DNA of 58,230 nucleotides, filler included, from Sphacelaria rigidula (lineage: Eukaryota), in the NCBI GenBank assembly GCA_964200075.2. It is 10 parts of 10 records of this genome, joined end to end, with 100 filler letters (N's around TTAATTAATTAA, not from the genome) between each part and the next. Parts side by side here need not be neighbours in the genome. Positions count along the whole stretch, not along the records: positions 23,334 to 29,066 come from CAXNAA020024872.1; positions 29,167 to 34,899 come from CAXNAA020024873.1; positions 35,000 to 40,732 come from CAXNAA020024874.1; 7 more parts are not named here. One strand, 5' to 3'. The number at the start of each line of letters is the position of its first letter. Within the stretch, counting starts at the first letter, position 1. Of the stretch, positions 24,480-37,500 are shown one piece after another. A program made the position numbers and the translations under genes. The notes beneath the pieces were generated by a model that saw only the letters and a program-made list of their open reading frames with translations, made no database searches and had not been told where the DNA came from.

Positions 24480-25137
24480 GTGCGAAGTACTGTACTTTCA
24501 AGTACGACAGTATCTCTGAAAAAGCCGCGAGCTTTTCTGTCCGGTGTATTGTAGGCTAAACTGCCGCGTCTTCCATTTCGCCACTTGGGCCAATTCTTAC
24601 GGGTTTGGAAAACGAAATTTGTTGAAAACTGAAACTGCGGTCATCCTCCGGGGCCAGGGGAAGTGGGTGGCAGAAATAAAGTACGAGAAGATGAACTGAA
24701 GTTATGATCTTTTTTCTAAAAATGAAGAAGTATCCATAAAACTCGACGGCTATGAAGCGTCATCGAGAATAGCCGGGGTCCAAATCGACGAGCCCACGCC
24801 CACCCCTCTCCCGGCCTTGCTGTTGCCATAACTCTCTGGTATCGCCATGATCCATTGCTATAGCCGTTGTTGTTCAATGCACCGGTTTGAACCTTATTTC
24901 GCTAGGTGGGTCGTTCGTGAATCCAGCATCATTTCCACCTCATGACTGAGTGTAAGACCCAAATAACCCACCCTGGCAGTCAAAGGGTAGGGTACCGGAG
25001 CTTCTTGGGGTGCCCAAGTAGGTGTGCTGTCACTGTGCCTATGCAGTATGCACGGTTTGCCAGGGCCTAGAGAGACGCAGGGTCGAAATCAACAGCCCCC
25101 TCCCGCGTCCTGTGCACGGCATCAACTACCTGAGCAG

Positions 25138-25266
25138 GTGGCTCACGCGTGCGACCGCTTTCCCGAAAGTGAAGAAGCGCGGCTGCCGTGGGGGACGGCG
25201 GCCGCTCTGAGCGTGTTGCTGCTGGTAGTCGTGGTCGTCGCTGTTGTCGCCGCGGTCGTGGCCAAG
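25138..25266 (+). CDS. Probable following exon with a transmembrane helix
   Basis: GAGCAG|...AAG|GTTATT, phase 0; VAHACDRFPESEEARLPWGTAAALSVLLLVVVVVAVVAAVVAK contains a ~22-residue hydrophobic stretch. Confidence 0.55.
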
Positions 25267-26159
25267 GTTATTCAACACAGGTATTCATTCAGATTCAAGG
25301 TTATGTAACTGCCGGGACAAAAATAACTAGTCGCTGCCCTACTGTAACATGCACTTGTATTCTTTGCGCAATATTTCCGACGTATACGTAGAGGTTGTGC
25401 TCAGTTTTTCAAAAATATGAGCCGTAATCAGTGCGCACATGGCTTGTGTTGTAAATCTAGGTTGTGTGTCAAATCCGTCTCTCGAAGCTGGCTGTCCTCA
25501 CTCGACCCCGGGTCTGACCCTTCATTATAGAAGAGTATACTTGTCTTGGCCAACAAAAAAACATGTGCACATGGGTCGACGATGAAAACTGCGGTGGGGG
25601 GCAACATTGAGAAGAAGCCCTGCACTCAAAACGGCTTGCAGGAAAATACAAGCGAGTGCATTGAACATACTCAATGATACGAAATGTGTTCGCACCGAAT
25701 ACGAGGAACCAGGTCGTCGGAAGGCGTGATACGGCCAACATCCACTAAATAACGCAGCTGCTGCGGGGACATCTGCCAGGTGTTCCCTCTTGCAAAAAGC
25801 GTCCGTTTCGAGGGCTGTAGTTTCGGAGTTCGATAGCACGTCAAGTCGCTCTTCGATCGATCACACGGCAAGCCGTTTATCATGGGTTGAAGAGTCATTG
25901 GAACCCACGCTAATATGCACGACGCACGGGAGCAGCGACTCAGCAAGTGCTTGCCCCACTCTCCGAACTTGAAACGTGCGACAAATATTCTCTATTGCGC
26001 ACACCGCAATCTGCTTGTCAAGTTTACACGACTCGCCAGGGATCTGTTGTGCTTCTCTCCTTTCCTATGAAAAGGATATAGTGGCCATGACTGAATTGAG
26101 CGAGCCAAGTTTGCTGCGAAGGTCCGTGCTCACGTGTTGTTGCTCGTTCCTTTCCCCCA

Positions 26160-26255
26160 TTTGGTCCGGCGAAAACCCGGCGTGCTCCGTCCCGGCTTTG
26201 TAGGGATGCGAGGTCAATGGTCTCATGACTATGGCATGCATGATCATGAGTACAT
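26160..26255 (+). mobile_element. 'ATGAGTAC' family copy
   Basis: GGTCCGGCGAAAACCCGGCGTGCTCCGTCCCGGCTTTGTAGGGATGCGAGGTCAATGGTC...CATGATCATGAGTAC. Confidence 0.8.
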
Positions 26256-26682
26256 GAAGTGGTATTCTGATGCTGCGCAACTGTTGACACATCAATCCTG
26301 CATCGGAAAGAGTGATGTATGGTATGAAGTTTTTGCATGGTATACCGAGCCACATTGATGTCTTGCCGGGCTTGTACATGCATGCTCATATTGTCCATGT
26401 GTGTCTCTACTGCGTTGTAAATGCTGAAATAGAGTCAGGTATCGATTCCACAGTGCGTATGGGTGTCTCGAGAACATTCTTCAATATGCGCTGCGTGTGC
26501 TTTTCCAAGTCGCCTGCTATTTTTGTCGTGGTCCACTGCACCATCAGTTGTAAGCTGAGCTCGTTGCCGCAACTGAAAAAGGCGTGACGCCATACTGTTC
26601 GATGGTAGCAATAATGCTTGAAGAACACTGCTGCACAGGTTGTACAACTGGTTCATACCTGTCCGTACCGACGTACCAGTGT

Positions 26683-26715
<33 letters not shown>

Positions 26716-27269
26716 GCATACAAAGGGTTCGGCGGCTAAGGCCGCCAAGCTCAAACGATTGACGGCCAAGAAACATGTCAACTGCTTTCAGTAGCGACAG
26801 GAGATCACCCTACCGTGTGGAGATAGATCCATAGTGAGCCACCACGGCTTGTGGTGTGCAAGTGTACGGTGCTGTACTTGCTACAGTGTGTCGCTAGCCC
26901 TCTGCTAGTCATCGCAAGTCATCTGAGTCACGCATTAAATATTTCATGTAAAAGTGATGCCTATTCCGCATACATACAGCGCGTCGGAGTGCACCAGCGA
27001 GCAACCCTTGGCCGTTATGCTTTCCTGGATAGTGCTCGTTAAACAGTACAGAACATCGGGATGGATGATGTATAGCATGGTAATACAGAAAACATAAGTG
27101 TAGCCGGTACTCGTATGGCAGTACCGTGCAATGTCAGCATGTTACGATCCCATCTATTCTGGAGTGATACTACGATAGGGCGGGGCGAGGGGGAAGGAGT
27201 GTTTGATTCTACGAAAGCAAGGCACTCACGGATGTGTCCGACGACCTCACTACTCGGGATGCGTTTGTT

Positions 27270-27800
27270 TGACTGATTGATTGTCGCACTTCAACTGACT
27301 CCCCAGGGATCCCGGATCCAGCCATGGTCACATGATAGACGTACACAAGACAAAACCGAACTGAAGCACTCGCTACAGAAAAGTAGAAAAAAAAAACATA
27401 GTAGACTTGGACGTGAAAAAAGGAAAACAGATTAAAAAAAAAAACGAAAGCAAAGAAAGAAATGGCGGGCCTCTGCCGCATGGCTTCGGCGGGAAACGTC
27501 TTGCGCAGAACCACACTCATGCTCAGTCGTAGAAAACAAAAGACCGTGGGAAAAAATATATTGGACCTCATCTACTACAAACGCTCTATTTAGGGTATTA
27601 TGGACTCTCTAATCCACCAAGGAACACAATGAAGCGAGATACCATACTGCTCTGCCATGCATCGGCAGGAAAGAACACACACATATATGTAGAGAGAGAG
27701 AGAGAAATATGGCGAAATGGGAGAACAGGGGAGGAGACTACAGAAGTGAAGCCCAAAGGATTCAGGGCAGCAGAGTAGATACAGACACACATCAGGGGCT
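27270..27800 (-). mobile_element. LINE 3'UTR fragment
   Basis: GATTGATTGTCGCACTTCAACTGAC...GGATCCAGCC; segments (CACTCAT.C.CAGTCGT.GAAAAC.AAAGACC, CTGCTCTGCCAT, GACTAC...ATTCAGGGCAGCAG.GTAGAT) match the LINE 3'UTR at 31290-31545. Confidence 0.8.
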
Positions 27801-28914
27801 TGTATTCGGGTGTAAATGGTGTCAAGTTGTGTTAATGAGTGTCTTATCGGTGACAAGTGCGTTCGAACAAATGTTGTAGCTTCCAAAGACGATTTGAGGT
27901 GGAACTTCGGGGAAGAAATGTCCCGAAGTACCCCCCCCTCCCCATATCGCAGCATGCCTCGTCTCGAAGCGATGCGTGGTCAATGGTCAACCGACAAAGG
28001 CAAGCAACAAATGAGTACGCCCCCTATATATGCACGCTCTGGACGGCAGTCCACACCTCTCGCCAACAACAACGTACAATCTTTCCTCCTATCTAAGCTT
28101 TTGCAGTAGTCGTGATCCAACGGAGGCAGGGCTGGCTTACATGGGGCGTGGTTTGATCCTGCACGCATGCCACATCGTCTCATGTGTCCCCCCTGATTCA
28201 CTGTTCGCACCGCTACTCTGCCGTGAATGCATCAGGACCATTTTCATCAGCAGCTGAATACAAGGGATATTGAGCAGTCAGTGTGCCATCCCTCAACACG
28301 GAACACAGTCTAGTGTCAGGGCAGGATTGTCGCACCTCGAGCCTGTTTTGATCTTGCACGCATTTCGCATCGTCTCAAGTTCACTTCATGTTCTCTGTCT
28401 CTGTTCGGCAGTCGAGACGAAGCCTCCGACGACGGAAGGGTTTGCTGAGACGTGGGACACAGGGAATCAATCGGTTTACATCGCAACGCCATAACGCCAT
28501 CATGCAAAACAAAGCGCGGAAAGCAAATGTAATCCAAACGCAAGCAGAAACAGAAGCCGCCCTAGTATCCAGTGAAACTGCAAGCGAATAGGTCACAGCG
28601 AAAATACGCACTTTATGCGAGTATTATAGTTAAGACGAAATGCTGTCTTGTGGAGCTCGACAGTCAAGTGACACCTGTCTGCAGCGGAGCGATTTGAACG
28701 AGCAGGTACAATATCGGGTGAACGATGATTCGTCTGAAAATTACTTGCTTTTAGTGTAATTTAGTCGTACCGTAGGAATCAACCCCTCGGGCCTTGTTTT
28801 CAGTATTGCACCCCAGGCAGGTGGAATAGCGTCGGTTTTGCCTAAAGATGTTTTTGACCCGCGCTCGACGATGTTCATCTCTTTCACACACTGAGGCCCC
28901 AGAAATAGTAAGTA

Positions 28915-29066
28915 CAGTAGGGGGGCCTATATAGTGCGGGTTTTATTGTGCGCCTAGGCCGGTATAGTACGGGTGAAATCGCTTGGCTCAATTTCGACCC
29001 CGATATAGTGCGCATGCCGCACAATAGAGGATAAGGTCTATATAGTGCGGATTTGGACCACCTCAC
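28915..29066 (+). mobile_element. Possible left end of a Tc1/mariner-type element with repeated TATAGTGCG motifs
   Basis: TA|CAGT start and four TATAGT(G/A)CG motifs; the contig ends before any partner TIR. Confidence 0.35.
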
Positions 29067-29599
29067 NNNNNNNNNNNNNNNNNNNNNNNNNNNNNNNNNN
29101 NNNNNNNNNNTTAATTAATTAANNNNNNNNNNNNNNNNNNNNNNNNNNNNNNNNNNNNNNNNNNNNTAATCCTCCGGGTTCTCATCCTCAATGAAAAATC
29201 TCCATCCTCAACATAGATGATCCGCTGTTTATAGTCAGGACCCACAAACCGCGCACTAACAAGCTGCAATCATGCTCAAAACGATTCGCGAATACCAGTC
29301 ATGATGTGTTTCCTCATTCTCAACAAGCACTCAATCACCTCAGCCCTTGCTCAGCACCCAACGCGGCCCTCACCATAACAGCAAGAACCTCAGGTAATGC
29401 CTTCTTTGTAGTCCTCGAGCCCACTCCTGAGAAACAGCAGCAGTCGCGCCACAAAATCATGCACACTATAGCCCAGCGTTTCCATTTGAACACTCACTCC
29501 GTGTACCATCGATCCAGCTACATGTAGCACCCCCACAGTGCCGCTGAGTACTCCACCAAACGGTATACTCGCACCGCCAAACCAATACGATAAATCCTC

Positions 29600-30980
29600 T
29601 GCCCCCACAGATGCTTGAGCATCAGCCAAAGCTCGTGCTTCAGTCGTTTCTTCAGGGGAACTGAGAGGCGAAACGGGAACGGCCATACGGTCCCGCACAG
29701 CAACACCTCCCGATGGCATCACACCATCCCCCTCAAGCACCTGACCGTGCAGCGGCATGCTGCCTCCCAAGCACAGAAACGGCAACTCTGACCGTACACC
29801 AAGACGAGCGTTATCACCACACTATGGCGACCACAGCACCTCTTTTCACGCAGCTTCGAAAACCCTTTTCAGAAACGACAAGTTTCCTGAATAAACGTTT
29901 ATTGTGAACCTGCCTGAAATCAGAACAAGGTAACGGTGCTGGTCCAGAGGCTTCCTCCCTGTCCAGGGCTCCAGAGACTTCAAGATTTCAAGCAGTTATA
30001 GAAACAGCAGTCTCCGTTAACCAGAAGTAACCTTGCACCTCGTGTGCAAACATCGTACATCACGGAGTCCACCGATCATACTCTTAGACCCGTTATCCAT
30101 CAACCAGACTATAAACGCCTGCTATGCATTCTCTCCACTGCAGTCATGTACTGAATCAAGGTAACAATGTTGCCCGGAGTCTACAGCCCTCCCTTGTCTC
30201 ACACCACCTACCTCTTTTCCGAACGGTCCACCATACTTTGTGCCATACTCGAAGATATATTTCAAAGTACAGTTCAATCAATCTAATAACTAGCTGCGCT
30301 TTATAGACTTCTGTCACTCAAGATCAGATTGCCATGTGGACTCCTCCCATCACGGGCACATGGACTTCAGCAGCTTTGATTATTTATGTATTAACCCTCA
30401 GCATAGTACAGGAGAAGATGGCCATAGCCTTTCTCCACCAGAGTGGCAAAACCGGGACTACTCGTCATGGAGGTCACCATCACAGAGTCCGGCAATCAGA
30501 CCCGCAACTCCACCTACAAATGTCCCCAACGTTAGGTAACAATGATGGCTAGAGTCTACAGGTTGCTGAATCATGTCGTTTGCCCTGATGAAATCGGTCC
30601 AGCCCCGAAACCCGACAAATTTGTCACCATGTACGAAGCCATGGAGAAGTTTTGAAATGCATGAGGAAAGAGAGATCGACGCGCAACGTTAATTCCGACT
30701 GCAAAATCATCGATATTACATAATAATTAACTTCCAGTCAAGTATGTAGGTCACTCAGACGTGGGCTCTACAGGAGGTGGTCGACAGAAAAATACTTTGA
30801 ACCTGCAGGATGAGGTCTTCATGTTGTCACGGGCTGTCAAGTGAGGCTGTCACATTCGTGTGGGTACCTACTATTATTCGATGTGATACCATACACAACA
30901 GTGTGCCCGCAGGCAACATCTCTTGAAATCCAAGGTTTTGAACATTTCCGATGTTTCACGTGTATTTTTTCCAGTTCATG
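29600..30980 (-). mobile_element. Heavily decayed Ty1/copia-like pol remnant (tentative)
   Basis: Only fragmentary resemblances in copia order on the minus strand (protease-like, GAG-pre-integrase-like, integrase-like FLK.GF and G.V..RD); no intact ORF. Confidence 0.3.
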
Positions 30981-31129
30981 TGGCTGAATCACCCGAAAAC
31001 GGTAACGTATGACTTGCTCTCGTGCCACCCCCTTCGGAGACGATCGTGTGGGAGATTGCCTGAATCAAAGATGGTCGCGTGAGCTTTCCATGTTGCCGTC
31101 CGGTTAAAAACGATCATGTGGGAATCGAA

Positions 31130-34100
31130 CCTAAGGCAAAACAAAACTGAAACATTCGCTGCAAAAAAAAAAGAAGGAAACAGAAAAAGTAGAACATAAC
31201 ATATTATATGAGTAGACTAAGACGTATAAAAAAAAAAGAAGAGAAGAGAAAAGAAAGAAATGAAAAGAGAAGAAAGATATGAAAATAAAATAAAATAAAA
31301 GAAATGGCCGGTCTTTGCCCCATGGCTTTTGTCCAAGATCCTACGCACAACTACACTCATACCCAGTCGTTGAAAACGAAAGACCAACAAAGAAGCGAGG
31401 TACGACACTGCTCTGCCATACACTGGAAGGGAAGAACAAATATATAGCGAGAAAGATGGGGAAAGGAAAAAAAGAAAAAGGAAGGAGACTACACAGCAAA
31501 GCTCAGAGAATTCAGGGCAGCAGTGTAGATATAGACACACACCAAGGGGCACCGCAGAGCCACTGACTAAGCACACAATCAGCGACCAATTTGAGCAGAC
31601 AGGGTTCTTCGGTTGACGGCCTTCGACGCAGCAGCCTCTAGTTTGTGACGGCGGTCCGATTCTCGCGTGTCCGCGTCGCCACGTGTCTTCAAACTCTTCC
31701 GCTCCTTTTTCGACTCCAGTGTGCCATCTGCCCATGTTCTTCGCCGCAGTGACCCGATCGTATGCATTGTTAACATCTACACCGTATGCGAACCATTTCT
31801 GTCGTGCTCCTTTGTGCGGAACAATCCCTAGTGCACGTAGGTTCTCCTGGAGGATTTCCTCCCGTTGCTTGGGGGGGTGGCCGGCGTCCTTGGGCCGCCG
31901 TGCGGTTAACCGTCCGTTCATTATGCGTGTCGGAAGGCGTGTTTCGTTCTGCCGGACAAGGGCTCCCGCGAACCAGAGTTAACAGTGGACTCTCGAAAAT
32001 GGGGTTGAAAATATAAATGAGATTCAACTCAAAAGCCGTGCTTTCCCTGACCTAAATTCATGACAAATTACTTTTATATGGACGACCCCATCCCTTCCAA
32101 CCTGCCCAGAACTATTTGGGGGGATTTCTAGCTTTCCGTTTCCCCACAGGGTATGTGCAAAAGCACGATTTTTGGGCCAAAAAACGTCCTTTTTTCACCC
32201 CGAAGTGAGGGCAAAAGTGTGCTGTCGCACATACCCTTTGAGATAACGGAATACTAGAAATCCCCGGAAGTAATTATAGGGAGGTCGGGAGGGATGAGGT
32301 CGTCCGCATGAAAGTCATTTGTCATGAATTTAGGTCAGGAAAAGCACGGCTTTTGAGTTGAACCTTATTTTTATTTTCAACCCCATTTTCGAGAATCCCC
32401 TGTTACTTGACGTTTTCGGATAGTCGTCTCGATGCGTTCGCAGTTGATCATCTCGAGCACTGCTCTGTACGAAAGAGGCTTATAGCCATTTCGATCTTTT
32501 CTGCGGAATCCAACCATTCGCAGCAAGAGCTTGTGATGGGCACTTCGCAGACTGTCGACGTCCTCGGAACGAAGCGTCCATGTGGCACATCCATACAACA
32601 GAGCTTTTATCACCTCCGCTTCAAGCAGCCGGACTTTCAAGGATAGCTGGGCGTTGGGTCGGTCGTAGGGTTGGAAGCTATATTTTTGAATACGCGCTCA
32701 CGCCGCGCTGATACGGCGGTTGATTTCGATGGACATTTTCTCATACGAGCTGATCGCACTACCAAGGTAGACGGGCAGGTCACCACTATCACGGCCATCA
32801 TTCGAGCAAGGTCTTCTGCGGTCCTCGAGACTATGCCAGCGTCGTCCGTATGAAGCGTTGCCCGCACCGCGCGTCGCACCTTTTCCAGCGGCGTCCCTTC
32901 CACGGGTTCATCACCGTCACCTTTTGGCGCATCATGTAGAAAAACCAAGTCTGAGACGATGACCGGGTCCGCCGCAAGCCGCTGAACGATCACGTCGACC
33001 AAGGCTGCTCCGAAGATGTCGAAGAACAGCGGGGACGAAACCCAACCTTGTCTGAGTCCCTGGCAGACGTGGAACCACGCTGATAGTTCGCCACCATCCA
33101 GCTGTACCCGAGCTCGCATGCCGTCGTGAAACACACGGATGATCGCGGCGGAACTCCGAACCGAGAAAGCACCCCTCACAGGAGCGCACGGTCTACGGAA
33201 TCGTAGGCTTTCTGCAGATCGATAAAGCACATGTTCGATGGTACGCTGCTCGCCCGTTCCAACTTGTGGAGTCGGCGTACTACGAACATCATATCTCTGG
33301 TTGATCGGGGGCGCCTAAATCCATACTGCTCTTCCGGGAAGACATCTGTTTCCTCACAAAAATTACCGAGCCTGCTGGCTACGATTTCGAGGAGAACTTT
33401 AGCAGCATATGTCACAAGTGAAATGCCTCTGTAGTTACCACACTCGGTCCTACATATTTTTTGTGTGCAGCACTTTGGTCGTGACATCTTTTCATTCCTG
33501 CGGCACCTCGCCAAATGTCCAAACCGCAGAGACGATGCTATGGAAGTGGTACAGAATCTCCGACGCCTCCCCGTTCAGTCCAAGCTTCAGGATTTCAGCA
33601 GGTAGACTATCCGGACCCGCCGCTTTGCCGCTTGACATAGCTCTCAGAGCCTTCTCAGTTTCACTTGGGCTTGGCAGGTCTATTGGTCTCCTAGGGACAG
33701 CGCTATCGGTCGTTGTGGAATCTTCTCGATGACGGTTCGGTCAATAGTTGCCGATATGGCGTTCAGCAATGTGGAGAATTACCGTTCCCATATCTCACTG
33801 ATCAAACATTTGTCCCGCATTACATTGCCGTCCTCATCTCGTGTGTACTGTTCACTCTCGATTGGTGGTCCAGACAATCTCCACCCTCCGTTGAGGTATC
33901 TGTACCACCCTCTCATGTACCTCGCTCGAGTATACTCCTCAAAATCTCTCGCACACACATCCATATATTTGTCTGCCCCAACATGAATGACCTCTTTCAC
34001 CTTTTTGCACGCTGCTCGCAATATGCGCCACTGATGATGAGCTGGGTGAGTTGCTCACGTCTGTCGGGGTCAGATATTATCGCCCATCTGTCGATGGGTG

Positions 34101-34860
34101 TAGGCCCAATTGGGATTCGTCTACGTCTGTTGTGTGCGAAGCGACCAAGGAGCCGCACTGAGGCGCACACGGTGTTGTGGTCACAGTCAGGCGAGTTGGG
34201 GGGTTGAAGGTGGACATTGACATTGCGAACGAGCCTGCGGTGATCTTGCCGTGTGAGGATGTAGTCAATGCTTTTTTTGTCGGCGGGGCGATTCGCATTA
34301 CCGCTGAACGTACGCGAGGTGCTTCCCTTGGAGTGGAAAAGAACGTGTTGACCAGGGCAAGCCTGTTGTCGCCTGCAAATCGCAGTAGAGATATGCCGTT
34401 ACTGTCGTTGGAACGGGAGTCCCGACGGTATGTCCCCACAATTTGACATCCCTTTACGCCTGTTCGTACCCTTGTCCTCGACTTAGCGCCTATTCAAATA
34501 AACGGGTGATGCTTGTGGGGGACACGGTTCACAATGCTGTCTAACTCAGTCCAGAACACATGTATATCTCTTCTCTTGACTGGGGAGTGTCTGTAGGGGT
34601 ATATGCAACTACAAACGTAGCATTTCATAAATCCGCGAGGTTGAAAGTCATCAACATAAGGCGTTCGCTGATGATTGCCGGAGTCCACGTCGCCTTGCTG
34701 ATGATCGACTCCTTGACCGCCAACCCAACCCCATGTCGTCCAGCCCTCCCCTTGCCCCCCTCCACCTCGCAACAGAAGACCCGATATCCCGCCCCACGAA
34801 ATTCGGTTCGACATGGTCTCCTTGTGACACTTTCCACGATAGCCCCCCCCCCAAAAGTGC
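31130..34860 (-). mobile_element. Decayed RTE-like LINE (APE + RT + 3'UTR), interrupted by a foldback MITE
   Basis: [107 protein letters not shown] (YADD decayed). C-terminus: LLYGCATW...IETTIRKRQ/LWFAGAL. Confidence 0.95.
31982..32403. mobile_element. 422-bp foldback MITE (ACAG termini, ~185-bp inverted arms) inserted in the LINE ORF
   Basis: Left ACAGTGGACTCTCGAAAATGGGGTTGAAAAT; right (revcomp) ACAGGGGATTCTCGAAAATGGGGTTGAAAAT; arms stay complementary through TTCAACTCAAAAGCCGTGCTTT.CCTGACCTAAATTCATGACAAAT to AGGGTATGTGC. Confidence 0.92.
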
Positions 34861-34999
34861 ATGGTTTTGGGAGGCAAAATCTTCACGTATTTCGAAATGN
34901 NNNNNNNNNNNNNNNNNNNNNNNNNNNNNNNNNNNNNNNNNNNTTAATTAATTAANNNNNNNNNNNNNNNNNNNNNNNNNNNNNNNNNNNNNNNNNNNN

Positions 35000-37135
35000 C
35001 AGGATATTTGCCATCATCCAACGCTTTTCACCTTTTTTCGTGGAGGCGTTTAAAAGACTATTTGAAAAAAAATCCCCCGGCGCAACACTGGGTGCCAGTT
35101 TTCTACCATGTCAGCCTCCCAGCTGCGCTAAATGTCCAAGTTTGTGCATCTGCGCGTGCACATATGCGTTCACCCATGGTGCGCAAAGTCTGGGCAGCTG
35201 CATGGCCGATTTGAGAGCGCATGGACGGCACTCCCCACAATCAGTTGGGGCCGGGTTGTAAGGTGTTCCCCGGCCCAATCGCGCGGATGCTTTGGGTATA
35301 TGCTGCCTGTGTTGTGCCCAACTAGTGTGCAAAGTTTCATGATGGAACACGCTGTCACAGGCGAGAAATCCACAACCCAAGTTGCACTGAAAAATGGTGG
35401 TTTACCGTAGGAAAGTACTCAAATAAACATGAGATGCGGTTACGCCCTGATTATGCATGTGCGGTTACGTAGTATTACGGTACGGGTACTCTAGACCGTA
35501 CATCGCATCAGCGTATTATACTGCACTTGATGTACTGGTCATGGCGGAGTTTTCAAATTTCAAACTCATCAGCTGCGCCGCCAGACATGCATGCAAACGA
35601 TTGCGCCGTTCTCCAGTGCGACAAAAGCAATTGAGACATGCTTCTCTTTCAAGCGGATTGTACACTCCATATACTTCGCCCTGGGCGCGGTGGTGCTCTG
35701 GAACACCAAGCGTGGTCGCCACCTATCGTCGTACAATGGGGCCCGCAAGGCACCCGTACCGAGCAACACCATGAACACCACCGAACGCGGGATATGGTCA
35801 CGTTCTCAGCCTGCAACTTGAGTCGACGATCCAGCCTTGAAGATAGCTTTTCAGATATGCCGTGTGTTGGGCCGGAGGTCGTCCCTCTGGGGCACCTCGC
35901 TCGTGTGAACTACACCTACGTTGCGGATGATCCAAGCTGGTAATTTATTCAAGTATTCTTGTATGCGAAAATCGGCGTACATTTGACTTTTTTTACTTTT
36001 GGCGCAACACTGTGATTCTTGAACGGATTTAATCCGGGATTTCTTTGTTGATGTACACACGTGCGCTACTTAAACCCCATGTACCGCAGAGAGGTCAACA
36101 AGGTTGATTTGTTTTTTGTTTTTTAATGTCGAGGCCCGGTCTGGGCTTCATATTCCCCGGTCAACTGGCTACAGCCCAGAACAGTACAGTATATCGACGA
36201 TATTTTCCACAACCTCGACAAAAGATTCCAATGTAAAAAAATATACTGCGTACAGCATGGAATCTATTGTCTATTGCAATAGGCGCAATAGTCGATACTG
36301 TACGCAGTACACTTTTTGACTGTGTCTTCTGTTGTCCAGGGTGTAATATTTTCGTCATGAAGCAAGCTCACGGTACACCTTCGAAAGGTGGCGGTGCTCT
36401 AGCACACGGGGTCGCACACGTAGGAGAGATACATGTTTACGTCAGCTGTCCTATGTTCGGTGCGTATGGTTCTTGATCATCTTCGCCATTGCATCATCTC
36501 TAATTAATTTCTGGCGCGGCACCGACTGTATCTTTACCGCAAGATGTGCCAACCCTGGCCAGGCGGTGGGCATCGCGTCAGTACTGTCTGTACGGCACCG
36601 ATCAACACGAGCCATCAAGAACAGAAGCACGACGGCCAACAATGGGGAGCCAGCAGCATTGATGCTGGTATAGTCCTTTTTTCGGGGTTGTGCCGTCCGG
36701 AAGCATGAGCAACACACAATGACGATATCATCGTCTTATCTCATGCCCTGCCCATATCCGAAGCCGCGGATACAGGAGGAGCAAGTTGAGCGCAAATGGA
36801 GACTGGAACGTCATCCACGGCCACCGCAACTATACCGCAGGCACAGTGACGCTCGTAGCGAACGTTCGTTACACCAACCCGTGTACAGAAAAACAAAGCA
36901 CTCCCTCTGAGGCCGTTGTTGTCCTTGATACCATCTCTCCGCAGCACGGTCGTGTAATGCAGCTGCGGGCGGCAGAAGGTGGGTGAACACAAGTGTGACG
37001 GAGTAGATACTAAAATCAAGTTTGCGATATGAAATGCGTTATGAAACGTAAAGCGGCTGGTAGTCATTTAAATTTCATTACTTTAAAATAGTGAATGCGT
37101 TATGAAATTCGGCCAGTGCTCATGGACCCACCCCT
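35000..37135 (+). repeat. >2-kb interspersed repeat without a recognisable ORF; paralogous to 55118-57485
   Basis: 35000-35092 aligns with 55118-55198; 36022-36205 with 56160-56340; 36360-37130 with 56738-57480. Confidence 0.85.
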
Positions 37136-37137
37136 GC

Positions 37138-37500
37138 CGGTTGGTTGGTTATCGAATCATGGTTTATTTTACTATAATTTCCGCACATTAGTCCGACCTC
37201 TCGAATTCATGGTCACAGCCTTAGGCTCGCCTTTCCAATCCCGTTTCCGCCAGTCCTCACCGGACATGGAGTTCTCATCGTTTCTTCTGAGACTCCAGAC
37301 AAGAAGCAAAAGAAACAAAGAAACGAGGATATCACGAAATAAAAATTTGGAGAGAGACGCCAGGAAAACAGATGAGGAATAGCTTCCCCCATCGGGGTGA
37401 AGCAAAACATACTTCGCAGTAAAACTCATCAGATATGCTAATCAAGCATACCGAAAGAAAACAGGAAGAAGAGAAAAGAAGAGAAAAGAAGGACAAATGA
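37138..37500 (-). mobile_element. LINE/SINE 3' end (CTAATGTGCGGAAA type)
   Basis: TTTCCGCACATTAGTCCGACCTCTCGAA..C.TGGTCACAG matches 1282-1325, followed by purine-rich UTR-like sequence. Confidence 0.65.

Noticed and set aside
36451..36717. Similar peptides at 36451-36717 and 56825-57313 as a gene family
   Set aside because: Similarity is at DNA level in all frames, with frame-breaking indels; explained by the interspersed repeat.
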